Positions 32,845 through 41,104 of a stretch of 64,000 nt of DNA are shown here, piece after piece (the first letter of the stretch is position 1; every line of letters begins with the position of its first letter). Below the pieces are notes generated by a model that saw nothing but the letters and a program-made list of their open reading frames with translations, was not told the DNA's origin and did not search any database. The stretch is from positions 13,273-77,272 of the forward strand of contig JBFMEU010000001.1 in assembly GCA_040753155.1 (NCBI GenBank). The letters run 5' to 3'. Origin of the DNA: Bacillota bacterium. Its GTDB lineage: Bacteria > Bacillota > Desulfotomaculia > Desulfotomaculales > JBFMEU01. Position numbers and translations under genes: made by a program.

Positions 32845-33195
32845 GGCGAAACCCCAGTGCACTTCCCTCACCCATTTCCATATTTAGCCTGAAAAAGCAA
32901 ATTCCCCCCGCTCCCGGCAACCTCTTTAAAGCTGCCAGGGACGAGAGGCTTATTCCTCACGCGGTACCACCCTGCTTACCTCTGCCTCGCGGCAAGGGTC
33001 CCTTGGTATGTTTTAAACACGGTTTTGCTAACGGGTTGGCCAACCCGGCCGGGCCTAGTAGGTGTTGCTCCTTTCAGCCGGCAGTTCCGGGGTGATGTTT
33101 CACCTGCGCCAGGCGCCGGTTTTCAGCTACCCCGGCTCTCTGACCCCTGGCCCGCAAGGCTACGATCCCCTTCATAACCTCTGCTTTTAAGCTTG
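32845..33195 (-). promoter_or_regulatory. T-box: T-box leader upstream of ilvE, with terminator/antiterminator at about 32900-32983
   Basis: The - strand contains the T-box sequence AGCAGGGUGGUACCGCG (plus-strand 32970-32983 CGCGGTACCACCCT) and an AGAGAG bulge motif upstream. Downstream is a hairpin CUCGUCCCUGGCAGC...GUUGCCGGGAGCGGGG followed by UUUGCUUUUU. Confidence 0.8.
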
Positions 33196-33275
33196 ATAAG
33201 AAGTATACCGGAAATAGCTATTCAGGTCAACAGTTTTCCTGCCAATTTTGCCCCCGGGTCAAATGGACGCGCACA

Positions 33276-34805
33276 CTACAAAAAGTATTGCAGGCCCGCC
33301 ATGGCCAGCCCGATGACCGCTCCCAGCAGGGCGCCCAGCCAGGTGATGGCCACCAGTTCCTTGCGCATGATGCCCAGCATCATGTCCTCCACCTGCAGCA
33401 CATCAAGTTCGTTCACCCGGTGGCGGACCATCCCGTTAACGTTGACAAAGCCTATGAGGCCCGGTACTCTGGTGCGGACAAAGTTCTGGTAGTGGCGCAC
33501 CAGGTCCTCCTCCAGGGCAGGGGGGCCAAATTTACCCCAAAACTCAGCCAGGTCCTTAACCGGAAGATCCAGGCACCGGGCGGCCAACGCCTGCAGCAGC
33601 CGGTGCAGGGTCTGCTCCAGGCGCGGCCCGGGGGCGGCGCCCAGCAGGCGGTAGATCAGGTCTTCGCTCAGGCTGGCGCCCTGGTCTGCGGCCGGGATAT
33701 TCAACAGCTGCCGCCAGGTTTTGGACTCCTGGCCGGCCAGGGCCAGGTCCAGGTCGTTTAGCAGCCGGGCGGCATTGCCGGGACTGGTCAGGACTTCTGT
33801 GAGGCATCCGGCCAGGTGACCGAGTATTTCCTCCCGGGCCTTGAGGCCGGCCGGCAGCAGCCGGGCCGGGCTCTGGTTCAGGTAGTCCCGGAACATGGCG
33901 CCCACTTGCCGGCTTATTTCGGCCTGGTTATGGGGGCCGGCCAAAAACTCCACTATTTCTTCCGCCGCCCGCCTGGCCAGGGTGCGGGAGTCGGCCCCGA
34001 TGAGGTTGAATACGTTGCCCACCACCCGCTTGAACAGGTTTTCCTCAAAGAAACGACTGATCTTTGCTTTGAGCCGGGTCCTGGTGGCGGGGCTTTGAAT
34101 ATAGTTTTGCAGGGCCGCGGCAATATCCGGCCCCCGGGCCTCCACCAGCCCCACCAGCTGCTCCAATAACTCCGGCGGCAGCAGTTCGGATAATGGCTGC
34201 TCGTTTCCGGCAGCCAGCAGCAGGCGGCGCTCCACGGCCCGCCGGGCCGCCTGCCGGGCCGGCTCACCGGCCAGCAGCTGCTCCAGGGCCTGCTCCAGGC
34301 CCTCCTTGAACTCCCCGTACCCCCGGGAAAAAACCAAATCCCGCACCCGGCGGTCCAGCAGGGAGTCAGCCGCCCCGGCCAGGGCCGCGGCCAGGCGGCG
34401 GCGATAGGCGGAGTCCTGCAGCAGGCCGGCCAGATAACGGGCCGCATTTTTAATAAGCTGCTCCATTTCCTCCTCCGGCGCCCCCAGCCGGGTCAGGATT
34501 TGCCTGATTGTGCGCCGGTCCTCCAGGGACTGCTCCCCGGCTCGCCGAATAAAGTTCCGCACCTGCTCCTCCACGGCCGGGGCCAGGAGGCGGGCCACCA
34601 CCTGCTCCTCATTGAGCAGCAGATTGCCCACCGTATCCCCGATGCTGCCGGCCAGGCGCTCCTTTTCCTTGGGAATCACCCCGGGGGTCAGGGGAATGCG
34701 CCAGCTCAAGATTTTCTTTTCCGTAAGGGGCCGGAACAGCATCCGGATGGCAAGCCAATTGGTCACGTAACCGATCAGGGATCCTATCAGCACCGCCAGC
34801 ACCAT
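33276..34805 (-). CDS. DUF445-family membrane protein
   Basis: LIGSLIGYVTNWLAIRMLFRP near the N-terminus and C-terminal VEDMMLGIMRKELVAITWLGALLGAVIG. Start set to ATG 34805, because the ORF-track start at 34970 would overlap argH by 119 nt. Confidence 0.75.
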   Translation of the reverse strand: MVLAVLIGSLIGYVTNWLAIRMLFRPLTEKKILSWRIPLTPGVIPKEKERLAGSIGDTVGNLLLNEEQVVARLLAPAVEEQVRNFIRRAGEQSLEDRRTIRQILTRLGAPEEEMEQLIKNAARYLAGLLQDSAYRRRLAAALAGAADSLLDRRVRDLVFSRGYGEFKEGLEQALEQLLAGEPARQAARRAVERRLLLAAGNEQPLSELLPPELLEQLVGLVEARGPDIAAALQNYIQSPATRTRLKAKISRFFEENLFKRVVGNVFNLIGADSRTLARRAAEEIVEFLAGPHNQAEISRQVGAMFRDYLNQSPARLLPAGLKAREEILGHLAGCLTEVLTSPGNAARLLNDLDLALAGQESKTWRQLLNIPAADQGASLSEDLIYRLLGAAPGPRLEQTLHRLLQALAARCLDLPVKDLAEFWGKFGPPALEEDLVRHYQNFVRTRVPGLIGFVNVNGMVRHRVNELDVLQVEDMMLGIMRKELVAITWLGALLGAVIGLAMAGLQYFL

Positions 34806-34851
34806 GTTTTCCCAAGTCAAACTAATACACTTCCCATCTTTGGCCCGCAGC

Positions 34852-36228
34852 TCAGGCCTTGAGCCGGTCCCAGGCCCGGGCAAGGGCCCCGGCAACCGCC
34901 TCCGGGGCCGGCCCGCCCCGCAGTTTCCTGGCTGCGACGCACCGCTCGACACTGATGTATTCGTACACATCTTCCCCCACCAGGGGCGAGAGGGCCCGGA
35001 ACTCGTCCAAGGTCAGCTGGTCCAGGGCGATGTCCCGCTGCACACAGTTTAGCACGGCCCGCCCCACTATTTCGTGGGCCTCCCGGAAGGGCACGCCCCG
35101 GCCCACCAGGTAGTCGGCCAGGTCGGTGGCGTTGGTGAAGCCACCCCGGGCGGCCAGGCTCATTCTGTCGGCCCGCACCCGCATGGTCTCAACCATGGGC
35201 CGGAAGGTGAGCAGGCATTTCTTGACCGTGTCCACCACATCAAAAAGGGCCTCCTTATCCTCCTGCATGTCTTTGTTATAGGCCAGGGGCAGCCCTTTGA
35301 GCATTACCAGCAAAGCCTGCAGGCCACCGAATACCCGGCCGCTCTTACCCCGGATGAGCTCGGCCACGTCCGGATTCTTTTTCTGGGGCATCATACTGCT
35401 GCCGGTGCTGAAGGAGTCATCCAGCTCAATAAAGCCAAACTCGGCGCTGGACCAGAGGATTATTTCCTCGCAGAAGCGGCTCAGGTGCACCATCACCAAG
35501 GAGGCCGCGGCGGCGAATTCCACGGCAAAGTCCCGGTCGCTTACGCCGTCCAGGCTGTTCTCGGTCACCGCGGTAAAGCCCAGAGCGCCGGCCACCAGTT
35601 CCCGGTCCAGGGGGAAGGTGGTGCCGGCCAGGGCACCGGAGCCCAGGGGCATCACATCGGTGCGCCTGCGGCAGTCCTGCATCCGCTCCTGGTCCCGGCT
35701 GAACATCTGCACGTAGGCCAGCAGGTGGTGGGCCAGAGTGATGGGCTGGGCCCGCTGCAGGTGAGTGTAGCCGGGCATTACCGTGCCGGTGTGGACCCCG
35801 GCCAAATCCAGCAGGGTAACCTGAAGATCAACCAGCAGGCGGGTGATTTCATCTATTTCATCCTTTAAATACATGCGCACGTCCAGGGCCACCTGGTCGT
35901 TGCGGCTCCGGGCGGTGTGCAGCTTTTTGCCCACCTCCCCAACCTTGGCGGTGAGCAACTGCTCCACATTCATGTGAATGTCCTCGGCCTCCACGGCAAA
36001 CTCGACCCGGCCGGCCTCAATGTCGGCCAGAACTTCCTCCAGTCCCCGCACTATCTCCCGGGCCTCGGCGCCGGTGATAAGGCCTACTTTGGCCAGCATC
36101 CGGGCATGGGCCATACTTCCTTTAATATCATAGCGGTAAAGCCTCTGGTCAAAGGAAATGGAGGAGTGGAAATCTTCCACCAGCCGGTCAGTTTCCCGGG
36201 TAAACCTGCCGCTCCACAGCTTGGACAT
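34852..36228 (-). CDS. argH: argininosuccinate lyase
   Basis: 458-aa ORF starting MSKLWSGRFT. Fumarate-lyase signature GSSMMPQKKNPD. Confidence 0.96.
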   Translation of the reverse strand: MSKLWSGRFTRETDRLVEDFHSSISFDQRLYRYDIKGSMAHARMLAKVGLITGAEAREIVRGLEEVLADIEAGRVEFAVEAEDIHMNVEQLLTAKVGEVGKKLHTARSRNDQVALDVRMYLKDEIDEITRLLVDLQVTLLDLAGVHTGTVMPGYTHLQRAQPITLAHHLLAYVQMFSRDQERMQDCRRRTDVMPLGSGALAGTTFPLDRELVAGALGFTAVTENSLDGVSDRDFAVEFAAAASLVMVHLSRFCEEIILWSSAEFGFIELDDSFSTGSSMMPQKKNPDVAELIRGKSGRVFGGLQALLVMLKGLPLAYNKDMQEDKEALFDVVDTVKKCLLTFRPMVETMRVRADRMSLAARGGFTNATDLADYLVGRGVPFREAHEIVGRAVLNCVQRDIALDQLTLDEFRALSPLVGEDVYEYISVERCVAARKLRGGPAPEAVAGALARAWDRLKA

Positions 36229-36304
36229 CTATAATCCCTCCCGTCAGGCCATACGAAACCTGGCTCTTCTAAATATACAAAATCTAACACATTATAACAC
36301 ATAT

Positions 36305-36438
36305 TGAACGAGACTTCATTCAGAGGGGGATTCAACCCCCTCTGAATGTTAGCCGAGTCCATACTGGACTTAACCGCCCTTTGAAACCCGCCGCCTACAG
36401 AGGCGGGGGTCTTAGGGCGGATTAGTTCAGTGATAAAT
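36305..36438 (+). repeat. 134-nt three-hairpin repeat element (full copy)
   Basis: Near-identical to 58161-58294 and 62751-62884. Hairpins are CATTCAGAGGGGG/CCCCCTCTGAATG, GAGTCCA/TGGACTT and nested CCGCCC..CCCGCC/GGCGGG..GGGCGG. Confidence 0.9.
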
Positions 36439-36610
36439 TCCAGCGCTGGCAAGCATCCGTCCCCTTCCCTTTTCATTCTCTGCCGGCGCCGCTTCTGCGG
36501 CCTGGATGTCTTACTTAACAAATCGCTAGGGGCAGCATCCGTAAGACTCAAAAGAGGACAGGCTACTATTTTCGCTTGGCGAAAAAGTTACCTGTCCTCT
36601 TTTGGTTTTT

Positions 36611-36640
36611 TTATCTTCACACAGCCTGTAAGACCCGCCC
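36611..36640 (+). repeat. 5' fragment of the TTATCTTCGCACAGCCTGTAA family
   Basis: TTATCTTCACACAGCCTGTAAGACCCGCCC matches 1124-1153. Confidence 0.7.
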
Positions 36641-36665
36641 ACCAGGCAAAGAAAGAACGAACCGT

Positions 36666-36974
36666 TTAAAGCTGTTTATCAAGGTCCCTCTTGGCATAGA
36701 ACACACGATAAATCTCCACGGTTTTTTCTTGTTCGTTGACAGTATAAAACACGGCGTAATTTTTGACATTCAGGATGCGATACTCACGCTCCAAAGGCTT
36801 TGCCGGTTGGTAGACACGGCAGGAATACGGAAGCTCCTTCAGGCGGGATATGGCGAGGTCCAATACTTCGAGCAGATCGATAGCCGCCTTTGGCGCGCTG
36901 AGAGTCTCCGCGATGTAAAGCGCGGCATCCGCAATGTCACGACTGGCAACAGGCAGATACGAGAGACTATACAT
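36666..36974 (-). CDS. parE: type II toxin, ParE/RelE family
   Basis: 102-aa ORF overlapping the upstream antitoxin by 8 nt. MYSLSYLPVASRDIADAALYIAE... with a YRILNVKNYAVFYTV core. Confidence 0.8.
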   Translation of the reverse strand: MYSLSYLPVASRDIADAALYIAETLSAPKAAIDLLEVLDLAISRLKELPYSCRVYQPAKPLEREYRILNVKNYAVFYTVNEQEKTVEIYRVFYAKRDLDKQL

Positions 36975-37251
36975 CCTCCGCTACCTTTTCCTGAAGTTTG
37001 CGCCTCAGGCCGGAAAACACTTCCTTATGAGAAAATCGTTTGCCGGTGGTCTCCGCTTCCAGCTCCGCCTCTTTCAGCTTGAAGTAAACCTCGCTGTCAA
37101 ACTGAAGGCGCTCAAAGGCCTCCATGCTCATGACTACCATGTCGCCGTAGCCGTTCTTTGTCAGAAAAACCGGCTCGGAACTCTCGTGAACCGTTCTCGA
37201 TATATCCGCAAAATTATTGCGAAGATCGGATACAGGTCTGATATGCGGCAT
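36967..37251 (-). CDS. phd: type II antitoxin, Phd/YefM family
   Basis: MPHIRPVSDLRNNFADISRTVHESSEPVFLTKNGYGDMVVMSMEAFERL. ATG at 37251 follows GGGGGGG. Confidence 0.85.
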   Translation of the reverse strand: MPHIRPVSDLRNNFADISRTVHESSEPVFLTKNGYGDMVVMSMEAFERLQFDSEVYFKLKEAELEAETTGKRFSHKEVFSGLRRKLQEKVAEDV

Positions 37252-37853
37252 GTTTTTCCCCCCCATCACAGCTTTGCTTAATATTATCATAATTATGCTA
37301 ATTACACAAGAACTGTTCCAAAAAAAGGAGTAGGACTGTGATTATGTTTGAACGTTTCCTATTGTCTCGTTAAAACTGCCGACCTTATATCCTTCTTACC
37401 GGCCTGGGTTTTTCGTATCAACTCTATGCGGTGGTTTAAAGCAATTGAAGTTTAATTTGTAACTCTTAATCTATCATCAGCCTTGAGGATAATGGTAAAA
37501 GACCCCTGGGGGGGCCAAATATCATGCGCTTATAAAGAATAAACTAAGGGGTACAACTCCAGGAGTTCCTTTGTACTCATATTTTCCCCTCATCTTTTAT
37601 AAACATAAAGCAAAGGTGCTATTATCTTTACCTGGAACAATTATAGCAATTTTCTGTGATACAGGTCAACAATTTATAAATTCGGGAAATTCGGGACACA
37701 ATAAATTTTCTGGATCTACTCTATGATTTTTTTCACGATTTGCACACGCTGCAGGGTGAATTGAATTTTAGGAAAAACTGGTGCCAGGCACTAACTTCTA
37801 ACTTATTAACTTATTTGAATCGATGCCTAGCGCCCGGGATTGCTTGGTGTCGT

Positions 37854-39329
37854 CTAGCGGTGTGGTGAATTCTCTTGCGATTGCCTGGGCCGGCCGTTCC
37901 TTCGCCCGTTGTGTCCGTTGACCCTGCTCTGCGATCGGTTTACCCAATCCAGTAACCTATCCCCGTCAGACTCTGATATGTGAATCAAGCCGAAGGCGGC
38001 TCCCGCTACCGGAATCCCAAAATTGGCCAATCCCGCCCGGCGCTGCAGGGGTGATCGGGACAGGGTAAAAGACTGAACTCGATGCCGGGGGATGAGGGCT
38101 GTGGTCCGGTTCAAAATGCGAAAACGAACGGCCAGCATGTCGCCGTTTAGGCTCCAGGCTGCATCTTTGTATCTCCATAACCCCCATAGCAGACTCAAAG
38201 GAAGAAAAGGCAGCGCATATTTGCCCCAATTAAACCAAAGAGACAAAGGAAGCGCCACCAAGGTCAGGGGGAGTAAAAACTGAAGGATGTAACGCCTGCC
38301 GGCAGTCGGTGAAAGGGATTTCAGTTCGAAGTCCCGGGCAAATTCCGGGAGATATTCCTCCAAAAATCCCGCGACTTGATTTCTGGGCAGCAGCGGCCAG
38401 AGCAACAGCTTCTGGCTGCTTTCCGTGGCAAAGCCGGCGCTTTCCACCTGAAGGGTTACATAGCCGAAGGGCTGGCGCAGAATACCCTCAATCAGGCATA
38501 CGGCCTGAATCCGCTTGATGGGGATTGACACTTCACGACGGTAAAGAAAGCCTTGGGCGATCTGCAGCCTATCCTCCGATCTTGTTAGAGAGAACCCGCC
38601 ATAAAGGGCGCAGATGCCCCCGAAAGCTAAGAGCCAAATGACGGCAATCACACAGAGAGCAAAAGCCAATGCATAGCCGGAGACCCAAATCCACTCGAAG
38701 AACTTGTGCATATTAGAGTCTAGATTAAGGTCGTCAAATATGGCCCATCCGCCTGACAGAGCGGAAATTGCGATCCCGAGACTGCCGCCCGACGTTAACC
38801 CAAAGACCAGGAGGTCCCGATTTGACAGGACTTTAGCAGTTTCGGAAGCCGGATCTTGTTCGCCGGTTCCGGGTTCCCGGTTTACCAACAGTTTCTGTCT
38901 AAGCAGTTCAGCATCCTTTATGCTGACTGCCGCCAACTCGGCTTCCGATTTCAATCCGCCGGCTGTCTCAACCCTGACCGTTACCACCCTGAAGAGACGC
39001 TGCAGAACTCCCTGTGTCAGGTCAACCGTTTGAATACGCTCAAGCGGAATGAATTTTCGATGCCGAATAAAGACTCCTTGCTGGAGGCGTAATTCGTTAT
39101 CCTCGACTTGATAGGTGAAACGGCGCCAGGAGAGCAATTCCCAGCCGATGATAAGAGAAAAGAACATCCCTCCGCCGGCCATTATCATAAAAAACGGTAA
39201 GCCGGATTCCCCTCGAAAACCGTCTGTCACAATGACAGCGACCAACGGTAGAGCCAGATGCTTCAGATTCTTGAGTGATAACGTCAAAGCGGCCAGGGGA
39301 TGCAGGTGAAGAGGCTTAGATGTCATCGT
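37854..39329 (-). CDS. ydbT: YdbT-like membrane protein with repeated bacterial PH (bPH_2/DUF304) domains
   Basis: About 490 aa with three repeats of a TM hairpin plus a PH-like module (RFTYQVEDNELRLQQGVFIRHRKFIPLERIQTVDLTQGVLQRLF and two similar copies). Confidence 0.75.
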   Translation of the reverse strand, partial: TMTSKPLHLHPLAALTLSLKNLKHLALPLVAVIVTDGFRGESGLPFFMIMAGGGMFFSLIIGWELLSWRRFTYQVEDNELRLQQGVFIRHRKFIPLERIQTVDLTQGVLQRLFRVVTVRVETAGGLKSEAELAAVSIKDAELLRQKLLVNREPGTGEQDPASETAKVLSNRDLLVFGLTSGGSLGIAISALSGGWAIFDDLNLDSNMHKFFEWIWVSGYALAFALCVIAVIWLLAFGGICALYGGFSLTRSEDRLQIAQGFLYRREVSIPIKRIQAVCLIEGILRQPFGYVTLQVESAGFATESSQKLLLWPLLPRNQVAGFLEEYLPEFARDFELKSLSPTAGRRYILQFLLPLTLVALPLSLWFNWGKYALPFLPLSLLWGLWRYKDAAWSLNGDMLAVRFRILNRTTALIPRHRVQSFTLSRSPLQRRAGLANFGIPVAGAAFGLIHISESDGDRLLDWVNRSQSRVNGHNGRRNGRPRQSQENSPHR

Positions 39330-39858
39330 CCGACACCCTCGCCAACCGGGCAATCCGGTCCCGCAGTTCGTCCGCGGCCTCTACGGACAAGGCCGGTATT
39401 TCCTGGCAGTCCGCCGCCGTCCAAATAGTGACGCCGGCCAGGCCGTAGCGCCTCATAATAACCCCTTGCTTTGTATCCACATGCTGAACACGAACCATCG
39501 GGATCAGGGTCCGCCTAACATACCACACTCCCCGTTGCAGATCAACTTGGTGTTCACTTACCTCGTAACGCCAGCGTTGCCAATTGAGACCCGGGAGTAT
39601 GCCGATTACCAGTACCCCATAGGAAACCACCAATAGTCCGGAAATAACCCACAGCCACCAGACCCAGTCCCCGGCCCAAGACAATCTAACTGTAACAAAC
39701 AACCCTATGGCCGCCGCTATGAGCGCAAATACTGTCGTCTTGATGATTCCGCTAATAATCCAAACCTTGATCGCCCGCCGGTCGATTCTGGAACTTAAGC
39801 CACTGGCCAAGACTCGTAACACCCTTTCCATACTGCAGTATTTAGCTAATCGTGGCAT
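39316..39858 (-). CDS. ydbS: YdbS-like membrane protein with one bacterial PH domain
   Basis: TM hairpin then WRYEVSEHQVDLQRGVWYVRRTLIPMVRVQHVDTKQGVIMRRYGLAGVTIWTA. Overlaps the ydbT start. Its own start is uncertain (39858 or 39831). Confidence 0.72.
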   Translation of the reverse strand: MPRLAKYCSMERVLRVLASGLSSRIDRRAIKVWIISGIIKTTVFALIAAAIGLFVTVRLSWAGDWVWWLWVISGLLVVSYGVLVIGILPGLNWQRWRYEVSEHQVDLQRGVWYVRRTLIPMVRVQHVDTKQGVIMRRYGLAGVTIWTAADCQEIPALSVEAADELRDRIARLARVSDDDI

Positions 39859-40059
39859 TTGAAGACTTCGCCGGCTGCAGGCATTTTCCTTTCGTAGTTG
39901 GAGTAATTAATTGGGATTAAGATACGCGGAAGTCCGGTATCGGTTTGAAACGGAGAACATTACGATAGAAAGGGACGGGGGTTGGGATAATTCTCCTTGT
40001 TGGAAAGATATGAGGTGCCTGGCACCTATGGGATATGAGGTGCCAGGCACCTAGACGTC

Positions 40060-40088
40060 TTGACGCTATGATGTCATAACGCTATAAT
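40060..40088 (+). promoter_or_regulatory. sigma-A-type promoter TTGACG-17-TATAAT with operator-like TATGA-NN-TCATA in the spacer
   Basis: TTGACG at 40060-40065 and TATAAT at 40083-40088. GAGAGG RBS precedes ATG 40110. Confidence 0.65.
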
Positions 40089-40109
40089 GGATTTGAGAGG
40101 TGATTCTTA

Positions 40110-40343
40110 ATGAGTAAGGCCACTAAGCGTTCCACTGTCTACTTCGAGCCTGAAATCCATAATGCTTTGCGGTTAAAGGCGGCTTCGACGCACCGCTCGG
40201 TATCGGACTTGGTAAATGAGGCTGTTCGGCATGCTCTCCGGGAAGATCAGGAGGATTTGGCCGCTTTCGAAGAGCGTGTTGCCGAGCCTACAATAAGCTA
40301 CGAAGCACTGTTGGAAAACCTAAAGGCCCATGGCAAGCTTTGA
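40110..40343 (+). CDS. ribbon-helix-helix (CopG-like) antitoxin
   Basis: 77-aa ORF with STVYFEPEIHNALRLKAASTHRSVSDLVNEAVRHAL. Overlaps the toxin gene by 14 nt. Confidence 0.8.
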   Translation: MSKATKRSTVYFEPEIHNALRLKAASTHRSVSDLVNEAVRHALREDQEDLAAFEERVAEPTISYEALLENLKAHGKL

Positions 40344-40593
40344 GATTCGCTTTAAGGAGTCCGTGGCCAAGGATCTACGGCACCTACCGAATAAAGATGT
40401 AAGGCGGATCCTCAAGCGCATTGACGCATTGAGAAACGAACCACGCCCGACTGGTTGTGAAAAACTTTCAGCCCAGGAGCGATACCGTGTGCGTCAAGGA
40501 GTCTATCGGATTATTTATGAGATCAAGGACGAAGAGCTTATCATCATTGTGGTCAAGGTTGGTCATCGGCGTGAAGTCTATAAGCGCGGCTAA
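40330..40593 (+). CDS. relE: type II toxin, RelE/ParE family
   Basis: 87-aa ORF with FKESVAKDLRHLPNKDVRRILKRIDALRNEP...YRVRQGVYRIIYEIKDEELIIIVVKVGHRREVY. Confidence 0.85.
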   Translation: MASFEIRFKESVAKDLRHLPNKDVRRILKRIDALRNEPRPTGCEKLSAQERYRVRQGVYRIIYEIKDEELIIIVVKVGHRREVYKRG

Positions 40594-40772
40594 CAAGAGT
40601 TTCAACTCGGACCGGCTTTTCCGCAGACGCTCAGAAGCCGACCATTTTCTGAGCATTTGATCAAAGAAAAGGGTTTACAGGCTCGGCGGATGGCTTGCGC
40701 CATTGACAATTTAACAATAAATATGTTCTGCGAGCATTGGGAATTTTTCTCTTTGCCTTTCCCAAAAACCTC

Positions 40773-40803
40773 TTGACTTGGAGTAAACTCCAAGTGATAG
40801 GGT
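40773..40803 (+). promoter_or_regulatory. MerR-family-type promoter/operator: TTGACT, 19-nt spacer, TAGGGT, with perfect 9-2-9 palindrome
   Basis: TTGACT at 40773-40778. Palindrome ACTTGGAGT-AA-ACTCCAAGT at 40776-40795. TAGGGT at 40798-40803. Same architecture as the PzntA/PcopA-type operators. Confidence 0.55.
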
Positions 40804-41104
40804 ATCAAATAGGGCAGCTATAAAAAGCTTGACAAGAAAAACTCGATTAAGAATATTGAGGGGGATGATTTACTTTATAACTTATGCCCTGTCTGCCGGT
40901 AAGGCATTTTAAAAGCACACCCAAGGGCAAGGCCCTGTTCCCCAGGGTACGCATTTTATTTGACCAGGATCGCCGGCCCCGGCGCAACCCCGTGGAAGTA
41001 TCTTTATACGGCCAGACCGACCTGTTCATTGTCAGAGTCCTGCCCAACGAAGAGATAAATCCCTTGTTAAAGCAAAATTGAACCCATTAAAAAATAGTAA
41101 TAAC

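Noticed and set aside
33556-34447. Pro/Gly/Arg-rich alternative-frame ORFs inside the DUF445 gene
   Set aside because: Typical off-frame ORFs of GC-rich coding DNA.
34806-34970. N-terminal 55-aa extension of the DUF445 ORF
   Set aside because: It would overlap the argH 3' end by 119 nt and is Pro/Gly/Arg-rich with low complexity. The internal ATG at 34805 precedes the conserved TM segment.
40020-40050. Sigma-54 promoter (TGGCAC) given that rpoN is in the window
   Set aside because: TGGCAC is part of a palindrome, and no TTGC(A/T) follows at the required 5-nt spacing.
40847-41081. 65-66-aa ORFs downstream of the MerR-type promoter
   Set aside because: No family resemblance, no RBS, and the two ORFs overlap each other on opposite strands. 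Not reported as genes.
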